In this document: positions 1-7,312 of the stretch, one piece after another
Layout: the number at the start of each line of letters is the position of its first letter
Position numbering within the stretch: position 1 is the first letter of the stretch
Source: Haloferax volcanii DS2
Lineage (GTDB): Archaea; Halobacteriota; Halobacteria; Halobacteriales; Haloferacaceae
Length of the DNA: 32,000 bases
Assembly: GCF_000025685.1 (NCBI RefSeq)
Contig: NC_013967.1
Span: forward strand, 1,110,001-1,142,000
Direction: 5' to 3'
Program-made: the position numbers and the translations under genes
Notes under the pieces: model-generated
Database searches by the model: none
The model's input: only the letters and a program-made list of their open reading frames with translations
What the model was told of the DNA's origin: nothing

Positions 1-2
1 AG

Positions 3-353
3 CACGTCAAACAGGGCCAGACGGTCACCTCCGAGATAACGCTCGACTCGCGGCGGAAGATGAACATCCTCGGGCGCTACCTCAGACTCGTCTACCACTG
101 GATAAAGTCGGGCGTCCGCGACGTCGAAATCACCGAACAGGGCCTCGAAGTCCTCGTCGGGCTGTACTCCGCCGGCGAGATGGCCGCCGAGGTCGACTTC
201 AGCGAACTCCTCGGCGTCGAAGGGGAAGTCCTCGAAGCGGAACTGGAGACGCTCCACGAGGAGGAACTCATCGGCGACGACGAACTGCCGACCTCGCTGA
301 CGCCGCAAGGGCGGTTCGTCGTCAACGAGGAAATCGAAGACGTGAACGTCTGA
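3..353 (+). CDS. CheF-family taxis protein paralogue, C-terminal part; the 5' end lies outside the window
   Basis: The frame of ORF 60..353 stays open, with GC-rich third positions, back to base 3 (HVKQGQTVTSEITLDSRRK-MNILG...). Its tail (VEITEQGLEVLVGLYSAG..DFSELLGVEGEVLEAELETL..LTPQGRFVV) aligns by eye with the C-terminal tail of the cheF ORF at 849..1715 (IELSETDKQVLTALYSGVSPFDIPNFLGLDVDEVEELFQRL..LNARGRSI). A T6 run follows the stop. Confidence 0.55.
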   Translation, partial: HVKQGQTVTSEITLDSRRKMNILGRYLRLVYHWIKSGVRDVEITEQGLEVLVGLYSAGEMAAEVDFSELLGVEGEVLEAELETLHEEELIGDDELPTSLTPQGRFVVNEEIEDVNV

Positions 354-358
354 CGCTG

Positions 359-364
359 TTTTTT
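359..364 (+). terminator. Oligo-T run (TTTTTT) 6 nt after the stop at 353; archaeal-type intrinsic termination signal
   Basis: The sequence reads tgaCGCTGTTTTTTCTGG. Archaeal RNA polymerase terminates at oligo-T tracts. Confidence 0.5.
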
Positions 365-428
365 CTGGCGGAAGCGGTTCCGTCGGGTGGTTGCGAAGAA
401 CCATCAACTGGTCAACTAATCAGACACC

Positions 429-791
429 ATGCGGACGCGGACTTCGTCGCTCGTCGGCCTGGCAATCGGAAGCGTGGTCAGCTACTCCTTCGGCTTCCGA
501 CACGGCGACGCGTTGGTCGGCGTCACCCTGCTTCTCACGTACACAATTGTGGGCTTCGGATTCGTTGCCTTTCCCGCGTACCGCTGGCGATGGTCCGGGC
601 CGAACGACCACTTCTGGTACAGCATAATCGGCGTCCTGAGCGCTCTTTTACCAATCCTCGCGATTCATGGCCTAGGCCTCGAACCCGGAGAGCGCGTGCG
701 GGGCATCGTTCTCTTGGCCGGGGTCTGGTTGGGAGGCGTCTACGGTGGAATCGCGCTCGAACGGGCCTCTCAGCGCGCGAGCGACGACTGA
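429..791 (+). CDS. Small integral membrane protein (about 4 TM helices), unknown function
   Basis: 120-aa ORF with four hydrophobic stretches (LVGLAIGSVVSYSF, VGVTLLLTYTIVGFGFVAF, YSIIGVLSALLPILAI, IVLLAGVWLGGVYGGIAL). Third positions are GC-rich. It sits between two convergent cheF-like genes. I recognise no family. Confidence 0.55.
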   Translation: MRTRTSSLVGLAIGSVVSYSFGFRHGDALVGVTLLLTYTIVGFGFVAFPAYRWRWSGPNDHFWYSIIGVLSALLPILAIHGLGLEPGERVRGIVLLAGVWLGGVYGGIALERASQRASDD

Positions 792-848
792 CGAGCGCGA
801 CGCGTCGCTCTCGGTTCGACGACTGCGCCGCGAAAAACCGAGTGCTGG

Positions 849-1715
849 CTACTGCTCGTTGATGGCGTCCGACGCGATACTGCGGCCGCGAGCGTTGAGT
901 TGCACCTCGTGGCGCACGCGAATCTCCTCGACGACGTTGTGGTCGATGAGTCGCTGAAAGAGTTCCTCGACTTCGTCCACGTCGAGGCCGAGGAAGTTCG
1001 GGATGTCGAACGGCGAGACGCCGGAGTACAGCGCCGTGAGGACCTGTTTGTCCGTCTCGCTCAGTTCGATGGAGGTCTCCGAAAGCTCCTCGCCCTCGCG
1101 GAGGAGCGTGTAGAGGAAACTGACGGCGCGGTCGGAGCCGGAGATGTACGTCTGGAGGCTCGTCCCCTCGTCGTCGGAGTGTTCGACCTCGATGACGCTG
1201 CGGTGTTCGTCGACGATGGTCCGCTCGCCGGTCTTCACGTCGCCGATGTCGTCGAGGCGGATTTCGACGAACTTGCCGCCGACGGTCGCCATGCTCACGG
1301 CCTCCGTCTCGACTTTGAGCCGGGATTTCTCCCACTCGGTGTTCTGGACGACGCCGCCGGCGACCGCGGGGTGTCGCGCGAGGAACTGCTCGGTGTTGAG
1401 GAGCGCGCCGAAGAAGTCCGTCTCGAACTCGTCGTAGTCGACGGGCGCGAGCAGGACGACGCCCGACGGGATGTGGACGCTGAAGTAGTCGGAGACGGTC
1501 GCGATGCGTTGGTTCACGTCGTACCGGCCGCCGAACTCCTGTATCTTCGAGAGCTGAATCGTCCGCTTGCCGCCCGTGCCCGCGAGGATGAGCCGCCGGT
1601 TCGAAAGCAGGATGCGGCCGCTCGTCCAGTCCACGTCGTGCATCTCCCGGCCGTTCTTGACGACTTGGAGGAACCGCCCGCGCGTGTCCCCGAGCTTTTG
1701 CTCACCGGGTTTCAT
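849..1715 (-). CDS. cheF: Archaeal taxis protein CheF (DUF439 family), adaptor between CheY and the archaellum switch
   Basis: 288-aa ORF that starts 3 nt after the cheR stop and is the last gene of the cheB-cheA-cheR operon. Its size and position are typical of haloarchaeal cheF. No CheC, CheD or CheY motifs are present. The call rests on context and recollection of the family, not on a search. Confidence 0.7.
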   Translation of the reverse strand: MKPGEQKLGDTRGRFLQVVKNGREMHDVDWTSGRILLSNRRLILAGTGGKRTIQLSKIQEFGGRYDVNQRIATVSDYFSVHIPSGVVLLAPVDYDEFETDFFGALLNTEQFLARHPAVAGGVVQNTEWEKSRLKVETEAVSMATVGGKFVEIRLDDIGDVKTGERTIVDEHRSVIEVEHSDDEGTSLQTYISGSDRAVSFLYTLLREGEELSETSIELSETDKQVLTALYSGVSPFDIPNFLGLDVDEVEELFQRLIDHNVVEEIRVRHEVQLNARGRSIASDAINEQ

Positions 1716-1718
1716 CGC

Positions 1719-2561
1719 TCACCTCCCGACCGCGGCGTCGCTCGCGCGGTAGATGCGGAGTCGTTTCTCGACGGGGTCGAACTGCTGTCTGCACGTCGGC
1801 GGGATGGTTTCGGTCATGCCGATGGTGAGGTAGCCGTCCGGGTTCAGCGCGGAGCCGAGCGTCTCGAAGACGGCGCGCTTCGACTCGGCGTTGATGTAGA
1901 TGAACAGGTTCCGGCAGACGACGAGGTCGAACGTCCCCGGCGGCTCCTCGCGGATGAGGTCCCGCCGCTCGAAGCGGACCATGTCGGTGACGGCGTCTTT
2001 CACCCGGAAGGTGTCGTCGTCGCGGTCGACGAAGCGCTCCCAGCGGCCGATGGGGTCGAGCTGTTCGGCCACGTCGTTCGTCTCGGAGGCGCGGTACTCG
2101 CCGGCTCTGGCGGCGCGCAGAATCTCGCGTTTGATGTCCGTGCCGACGATTTCGATGCGGCGCTCGTCGACTCGGTCGTCGTCGTGGGCGAGCATCGCCA
2201 GCGAGTAGGCCTCGCGGCCGTCCGAGCAGGCCGCACTCCATATCTTGATTGGGTCGTGGCGGCTCCCCCGCGAACTCAGGTCGCGGAGCACCTCCCGGAG
2301 CGCCTCCCACACCTCGGGGTTGCGGAAGAAGCTCGTCACGTTGACCGACAGCGCGTCGAGGAGCGCCTGCTGTTCTTCCTCGTCGTCGGTGAGGAGGTCG
2401 TGGTACGACCCGTAGTCGTCGATGCGTCGTCGCCGCATCCGGGCGGAGATTCGGCGGTCGAGGTAGGCGTCGTTGTACGAACTCGTCTGGAACTGCAGGG
2501 AGTCTTCGATGTAGTCCAAGAGCCGGTCGAACGCCGGGTCGTCGGTCGCCGACGACGGCAT
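1719..2561 (-). CDS. cheR: Chemotaxis protein methyltransferase CheR
   Basis: 280 aa. It has the CheR N-terminal helical domain (LSVNVTSFFRNPEVWEAL) and a SAM-methyltransferase core (IKIWSAACSDGREAYSLAM, DLVVCRNLFIYI). The start overlaps the cheA stop by 1 nt. Confidence 0.93.
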   Translation of the reverse strand: MPSSATDDPAFDRLLDYIEDSLQFQTSSYNDAYLDRRISARMRRRRIDDYGSYHDLLTDDEEEQQALLDALSVNVTSFFRNPEVWEALREVLRDLSSRGSRHDPIKIWSAACSDGREAYSLAMLAHDDDRVDERRIEIVGTDIKREILRAARAGEYRASETNDVAEQLDPIGRWERFVDRDDDTFRVKDAVTDMVRFERRDLIREEPPGTFDLVVCRNLFIYINAESKRAVFETLGSALNPDGYLTIGMTETIPPTCRQQFDPVEKRLRIYRASDAAVGR

Positions 2562-4831
2562 CAGTCGGCCGCCTCCTCGGCGGTGTCGGGGAGCTGGCTC
2601 GGGTCGAACTCGCGCATCGCCTGCTCGCCGTCGGCGGGAAGTTGAAGCGTCGACACGTCGAGGATCGGGATGACGTTCCCATCGCCGATGACGGCCGTCC
2701 CCGACAGCCCGCCGACGCCCGACAGCGGCCCTTGGAGGGGCGTCACGACGACCTCCTCCTGTTTCGTCACGCCGTCGCAGTGGAGCGCGACCTGCCTGTC
2801 GTCGGGGCGGATGCGGACCACCATCCCGTCGTCGGGCTCGGGCGAGTCGATTTCCAGCGCCTCGCGGAGCCGAATCAGGGGGAAGATGGTCTCCTCGTGG
2901 ACGATGACCTCCGCGCCGTTGACCGTCTGGACGCGGTCGCGGCGGCTAATCTCGTCGATGTACTTGATGGGGACGCCGAACTCGCGGTCTTCGACCTGAA
3001 CGAAAAGCACCTTGATGATGGCGACCGACACCGGCAGCCGGATGTTGAACGTGCTCCCCTCGCCGGGGTCGCTCTCGACCGACACCGAGCCGTCGAGCGA
3101 TTCGACGGTCGTCTTCACCACGTCCATGCCGACGCCGCGGCCGGACACGTCGGTGATTTCGTCGTTGGTCGAGAAGCCGGGATGGAAGATGTAGTCGTAC
3201 ACCTCGCTGTCGGGCATCTGGTCCAGTTCCTCGCGGGTCGCAACGCCCTTGTCGATTGCCTTCTCGCGGACGGCGTCGGCGTCGATGCCGCTCCCGTCGT
3301 CCTCGACGGTCACGATGACGGTGTCGTGTTGGCGGCGCGCGGAGAGCCGGATGGTCCCCGTGCGGGACTTGCCGTTCGCCTCGCGAACGTCGGGGTCTTC
3401 GATGCCGTGGTCGACGGCGTTCCGGAGGACGTGCATCAGCGGGTCGGAAATCTCGTCGAGGATGGTTCGGTCGAGTTCGATGTCCGCGCCCTCGACTTTG
3501 AACGAGACGCGCTTGTCCTGCTCGCGGGCGAGGTCGCGCACGAGTCGGGGGAACTTGTCGAACACCTTCTTCAGCGGGATGAGCCGCATGTCCATCACGG
3601 TGTTCTGGAGGTTCGACGAGATTTTGTCCAGTTCGTCGAGCGTGTCGAGCGCCGTCGTCTGACCCACGTCGATGGCGTTTCTGAGCTTGATTCGGCTCGT
3701 GACCAACTGCTCGACGAGCTCGTGGAGTTCGTCGAGTTGGTCGACGTCCACGCGGACGGACTTGACCGCCGAGATGGAGCGTGCCTCCTTTTTCTGCTCC
3801 GCGCCGTCGCCCTCGTCCGCGTCGTCCGCGTCGTCCGCGTCGTCCGCGTCGTCCGCGTCGTCCGCGTCGTCGCCGTCGGTCGATTCGGCTCCGTCGGCGT
3901 CTCCCTCGGAGCCGTCGTCGCCCGCCTGTTCGTCGGTGGCCGCGTCCGCGCCGGTGTCGCCGGCAGTGTCAGCGTCGGCGTCGGCGCTCGACTCGGTCTC
4001 GTCCGGCGCCGAGGCGTCTCTCTCGGCGTCCGCGTCGGAGTCGGCGGCCGGCGCGTCGCTTGCAGTCGCGGTCGCGTCCCCGGCGGCGAGCGCGTCGGAC
4101 ACGTCGGTCGTCTCGACCGCGGAAACCTTCCAGAGGCCGTCGAGTTCGCTTTCGACGACGGCGGCGTCGCGCTCCGCGACGAACAGGTCGAAGCCGTCGC
4201 CGAACTCGCCGTCTTCGATGGCGTCGCGGGGCGGGTTCGCCCCGACCACGTCGAGGTCCTCGGGAATGCTGCTGAGGAAGATGCCGGCGTCGACGCCCTT
4301 CATCTGGCCGGCGTCGAGTTCGACGTGGGCGTGGGTGAGTGTGGTCGCGTCCAACGCGTCCGCGTCGACGCAGTCGGCGGCGAGAGAGCCGAGGTCAACC
4401 GACTCGCGGTCGGCCTCGTCAGACGCCGCCGGATTCGAGTTTCCCGCGTCACCGCCGTCCTCGACGGCCGCGCGAATCTCCTCGACCGTGTCGCTCGGGT
4501 CGATGGTTGACTCGCCGTTCTCCTCGATGTCGTGGAGGATGTCCACGATGAGGTCCATCCCGTCGAAGACGAGGTCCATCCGCTCGGCCGTCACGTCGAG
4601 TCGCTCGTGGCGAATCTCGTCGAGGAGGTCCTCGACGGCGTGGGCGACGGTCGCGGCGTTGTCGAAGCCCATCGCGCCGAAGTTCCCCTTCAGCGTGTGG
4701 GCCTGCCGGAAGATGTCGTCGATGGCCTCGGTGTCGTCCGGGTTCGACTCCAGCGACAGAAGCGAGTTGTTCAACTGCGTGATGCTCTCTTCGCTCTCGG
4801 TGATGAATGCTTGGTAGAGTTCTTCGTCCAT
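2561..4831 (-). CDS. cheA: Chemotaxis histidine kinase CheA with a hyper-acidic low-complexity linker
   Basis: 756 aa. Elements seen: Hpt/P1 with the phospho-His motif (FRQAHTLKGNFGAMG), a P2-like region, an acidic linker of about 100 aa, a dimerisation helix, HATPase boxes (HVLRNAVDHGIE, VEDDGSGID, GRGVGMDVV) and a C-terminal CheW-like P5 (REFGVPIKYIDEI...VVTPLQG). Confidence 0.95.
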   Translation of the reverse strand: MDEELYQAFITESEESITQLNNSLLSLESNPDDTEAIDDIFRQAHTLKGNFGAMGFDNAATVAHAVEDLLDEIRHERLDVTAERMDLVFDGMDLIVDILHDIEENGESTIDPSDTVEEIRAAVEDGGDAGNSNPAASDEADRESVDLGSLAADCVDADALDATTLTHAHVELDAGQMKGVDAGIFLSSIPEDLDVVGANPPRDAIEDGEFGDGFDLFVAERDAAVVESELDGLWKVSAVETTDVSDALAAGDATATASDAPAADSDADAERDASAPDETESSADADADTAGDTGADAATDEQAGDDGSEGDADGAESTDGDDADDADDADDADDADDADEGDGAEQKKEARSISAVKSVRVDVDQLDELHELVEQLVTSRIKLRNAIDVGQTTALDTLDELDKISSNLQNTVMDMRLIPLKKVFDKFPRLVRDLAREQDKRVSFKVEGADIELDRTILDEISDPLMHVLRNAVDHGIEDPDVREANGKSRTGTIRLSARRQHDTVIVTVEDDGSGIDADAVREKAIDKGVATREELDQMPDSEVYDYIFHPGFSTNDEITDVSGRGVGMDVVKTTVESLDGSVSVESDPGEGSTFNIRLPVSVAIIKVLFVQVEDREFGVPIKYIDEISRRDRVQTVNGAEVIVHEETIFPLIRLREALEIDSPEPDDGMVVRIRPDDRQVALHCDGVTKQEEVVVTPLQGPLSGVGGLSGTAVIGDGNVIPILDVSTLQLPADGEQAMREFDPSQLPDTAEEAAD
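3812..3874. repeat. 9-bp tandem repeat (GTCGTCCGC; 5 perfect and 2 variant units) inside cheA, encoding (DDA)n
   Basis: Perfect units at 3821-3829, 3830-3838, 3839-3847, 3848-3856 and 3857-3865. Variant units at 3812-3820 (CTCGTCCGC) and 3866-3874 (GTCGTCGCC). On the minus strand this translates as DDADDADDADDADDADDA. Confidence 0.9.
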
Positions 4832-4833
4832 GG

Positions 4834-5934
4834 TCAGGTAGTGAGCCCGCTGAGTGCTTCGTCCGCGATTCGCCCGTCGGCCGCGACGGTGTCGACACAG
4901 CCGGCCTCGATGGCCCGCTTCGGCATTCCGAAGATCGCGGAGGTCGCTTCGTCTTGTGCGACCGTGTGGCCGCCCGCCCGCTCGATTCGGGTCATCCCCT
5001 CGACGCCGTCGCGGCCCATGCCCGTGAGCAGGACGCCGGCTAGCGGCGCGTCGACCGCCTCCGCGGCCGACGCCATCGTGAGGTCGATCGCCGGTTTGAC
5101 GCCGTGCAGCGCCTCGTCGTCGGAGAGTTCGAGCCGGAGGCGTCCCGCGCGGTCGCCGGTCACGAGGAGGTGCGAGCCGCCCGGTGCGATTCGAATCTGT
5201 CCGGGGCCGATTCGCTCGCCGTCTTCGGCCTCGCGGACCTCGTAGTCACAGCGGCCGTCGAGCCGCGCCGCGAAGCGCTTCGTGAAGCCGGCCGGCATGT
5301 GCTGGACGACCAGCACGCGGAGGCCGGCCTCCGCGGGGAGCGCCGCGAGCACTCGTTCGACGACGTTCGGCCCGCCCGTGGACGCGCCGATAATCAGCGT
5401 CGAGCCCTCGGTCGGGAGCGACTCGGTCGTCTCCGACGCCGCCGATGTCGACCCTGCGGTCGCCGGCGACTTCGACTCCGCTTTCGGTGGGCGAGAGCCC
5501 CGGCGCGTCGCCGAGAGGTCGACCGCCGCGGCGGACTGAATCTTCTCGACCAGTTCCCGCTTGACGCGGGGCATCTCGGAGGTGACTTCGCCGCCCGGTT
5601 TCGTCACGAAGTCGACCGCCCCCCGGTCGAGCGCCTCGAACGTCACGTCGGCGTCCTCCTCGGCGTGCGCCGAGAGCATGAGGACGGGCGTTGGACACTC
5701 CTCCATGATGGCCTCGACCGCGTCGAGGCCGTTCATCTCGGGCATCTCGATGTCCATCGTCACCACGTCCGGTCGGTTCTCCTCGACCACCGAAATCGCC
5801 TCGCGGCCGTCGGCCGCCTCGGCGACGACCTCGACGTCTGCGTCTTCGAGGAGCGTGCGAATCAGCGTCCGCATGAACCGCGAGTCGTCGACGACGACCG
5901 CTCGCGTCGGTCCCGCGCCGGCGGTCGAACTCAT
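4834..5934 (-). CDS. cheB: Chemotaxis response regulator protein-glutamate methylesterase CheB
   Basis: Receiver domain (RAVVVDDSRFMRTLI, VVTMDIEMPEMNG) plus methylesterase domain (LIIGASTGGP, VVQHMPAGFT, LTGMGRDG). ATG at 5934 is preferred (MSSTAGAG...). The ORF track begins at an upstream GTG at 5943, which I cannot exclude. Confidence 0.93.
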   Translation of the reverse strand: MSSTAGAGPTRAVVVDDSRFMRTLIRTLLEDADVEVVAEAADGREAISVVEENRPDVVTMDIEMPEMNGLDAVEAIMEECPTPVLMLSAHAEEDADVTFEALDRGAVDFVTKPGGEVTSEMPRVKRELVEKIQSAAAVDLSATRRGSRPPKAESKSPATAGSTSAASETTESLPTEGSTLIIGASTGGPNVVERVLAALPAEAGLRVLVVQHMPAGFTKRFAARLDGRCDYEVREAEDGERIGPGQIRIAPGGSHLLVTGDRAGRLRLELSDDEALHGVKPAIDLTMASAAEAVDAPLAGVLLTGMGRDGVEGMTRIERAGGHTVAQDEATSAIFGMPKRAIEAGCVDTVAADGRIADEALSGLTT

Positions 5935-6063
5935 CGCCCCCACCCGTTGGTGCCGAGACGGCGGTCCCGCTGAGTCGTCGAGTGGGCCCCCCGTCGAGGG
6001 CTCGGTGGCTTCGTTAGTGTGCCGTTTCGTTGACCGCTCATCTACCTCCGTGGTTCGGAAATC

Positions 6064-6123
6064 GGGTATATAAACACTCGGCGGGGATAATCACGGCTGA
6101 TAATCGAGTACGTATCTTTATAG
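6064..6123. promoter_or_regulatory. Divergent cheB / cheW control region with two TATA-like boxes and a GATAATC direct repeat
   Basis: An AT island sits in an otherwise GC-rich spacer. TATATAAA at 6067-6074 reads TTTATATA on the minus strand. CTTTATAG lies at 6116-6123, about 40 nt upstream of the cheW ATG. GATAATC occurs twice (6086-6092 and 6099-6105), 6 bp apart. Confidence 0.4.
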
Positions 6124-6162
6124 GCTGAATCTCACCACTCTGAAGCAGACAGGTGGCGGCGG

Positions 6163-6657
6163 ATGTCGCCGCCGGGGTTGACCATGCGACAAGATGCAAT
6201 CACGACCGAGATGAGCGCGGACGAGACCGACGCGGAGGACTCCGCCGAAGAAGTACAGGTGCTGGAATTCCAACTCGGACCGGAGACGTACTGCGTCGAC
6301 ATCGAGTACGTGAGCGAAATCGTCGACAAGGGCCAGCTCACGGCGGTGCCGAACGCGCCGGACTACGTCGAGGGCGTGATGGACCTCCGCGGGCGGACCA
6401 CGTCCATCATCAATCCGAAGTCGCTTCTCAGCATCGACGCCGGGGGCGAGTCGAAGCGCATCGTCATCTTCGACCCGAACAAGTTCGAAGACGAGGCGGC
6501 GACCGGCTGGCTCGTCGACGAGGTGTACCAGGTCGTGCGCGTCTCGATGGACGACGTGGAGGACCCGCCGCTGGAAAAAGACGACTCCATCGAGGGCGTC
6601 ATCAAGCGCGACGGCGACCTCGTCGTCTGGATTTCGCCGGTGCACGCCATCGAGTAA
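6163..6657 (+). CDS. cheW: Chemotaxis coupling protein CheW
   Basis: 164 aa with a single CheW-like domain (VLEFQLGPETYCVDIEYVSEIV, VPNAPDYVEGVMDLRGRTTSIINPKSLL) after an acidic N-terminal tail. It is divergent from the cheB operon. Internal in-frame ATG codons shortly downstream of 6163 are possible alternative starts. Confidence 0.9.
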   Translation: MSPPGLTMRQDAITTEMSADETDAEDSAEEVQVLEFQLGPETYCVDIEYVSEIVDKGQLTAVPNAPDYVEGVMDLRGRTTSIINPKSLLSIDAGGESKRIVIFDPNKFEDEAATGWLVDEVYQVVRVSMDDVEDPPLEKDDSIEGVIKRDGDLVVWISPVHAIE

Positions 6658-6696
6658 GGCGGTTCGACGACCGGCCCCGCTTTCGTTTTCGAGACC

Positions 6697-7185
6697 CTAA
6701 TCGGCGAGCGACTGCTCTCCCGCCGCGACGCCCCGACCGCCGGTGAGCAACACCACGACGAGCGCACAGCCCACGACGACGCCCGCGAGCCCGAACGCCG
6801 CGACGTAGCCGGCGGCGTCCGCGACGAGGCCGCCGAGCCAGCCGTAGCCCTGATAGTGGTTGAGGACGCCGAAGCGGCGGTCCCACTCCTTCGAGGGGAC
6901 GCCCTCGACGACGATGAGGTTCAACACCGGTGCGGCCGCGGCGACGGCGAACCACAGGAGGGCGTTGGCGACGAGGACCGCGACCGGCGATGCGGCGACG
7001 GCGGTGAGAGCCAGCGCGCCCGCGGTCGCGGCGATGAGGCCGACGAACAGCGCGCTCGCCCCCAGTTCGATGGCGTACAGCGGGACGACGAGCGACGACG
7101 CGCCCACCGCGGCGTAGCCCAGCGCCCAGCCGAACAGCCATCGGTCGCGGTTCCCCGCCGCCGAAGCGCCGTGTCGGTCGGTCAC
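6697..7185 (-). CDS. Polytopic membrane protein, possibly a truncated or internally deleted MFS-type transporter remnant
   Basis: 162 aa with 4-5 TM segments. Stretches such as VVPLYAIELGASALFVGLIAA and LVANALLWFAVAAAAPVLNLIVVEGVP..WDRRFGVLNHYQGYGWLGG resemble N-half MFS segments as I remember them from haloarchaea. The TM2-TM3 loop motif (G-x-L-x-D-R-x-G-R-R) and the whole C-terminal six-helix half are absent. Confidence 0.4.
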   Translation of the reverse strand: MTDRHGASAAGNRDRWLFGWALGYAAVGASSLVVPLYAIELGASALFVGLIAATAGALALTAVAASPVAVLVANALLWFAVAAAAPVLNLIVVEGVPSKEWDRRFGVLNHYQGYGWLGGLVADAAGYVAAFGLAGVVVGCALVVVLLTGGRGVAAGEQSLAD

Positions 7186-7312
7186 ACGTCACGAATGAAA
7201 CTGGTGAAACAAACTCGTTACTCCCCGAACGCGCGCGAAAAGCAGGACATATATAGTCTGAACAAAATCCTCGGACAACTATGTTCGGGAGCGAACCGCC
7301 ACATACGGGGGG

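Noticed and set aside
3812-3874. A short tandem repeat that might suggest a CRISPR array or another repeat array
   Set aside because: The period is only 9 bp with no spacers, and it lies in frame within cheA. It is a coding microsatellite, not a CRISPR array.
900-4510. Long plus-strand ORFs (900..2645, 581 aa; 2642..4510, 622 aa) antisense to cheF, cheR and cheA
   Set aside because: These are typical high-GC shadow ORFs. The translations are Arg/Gly/Val/Asp-rich low-complexity sequence without motifs. The opposite strand encodes unmistakable CheR and CheA domains.
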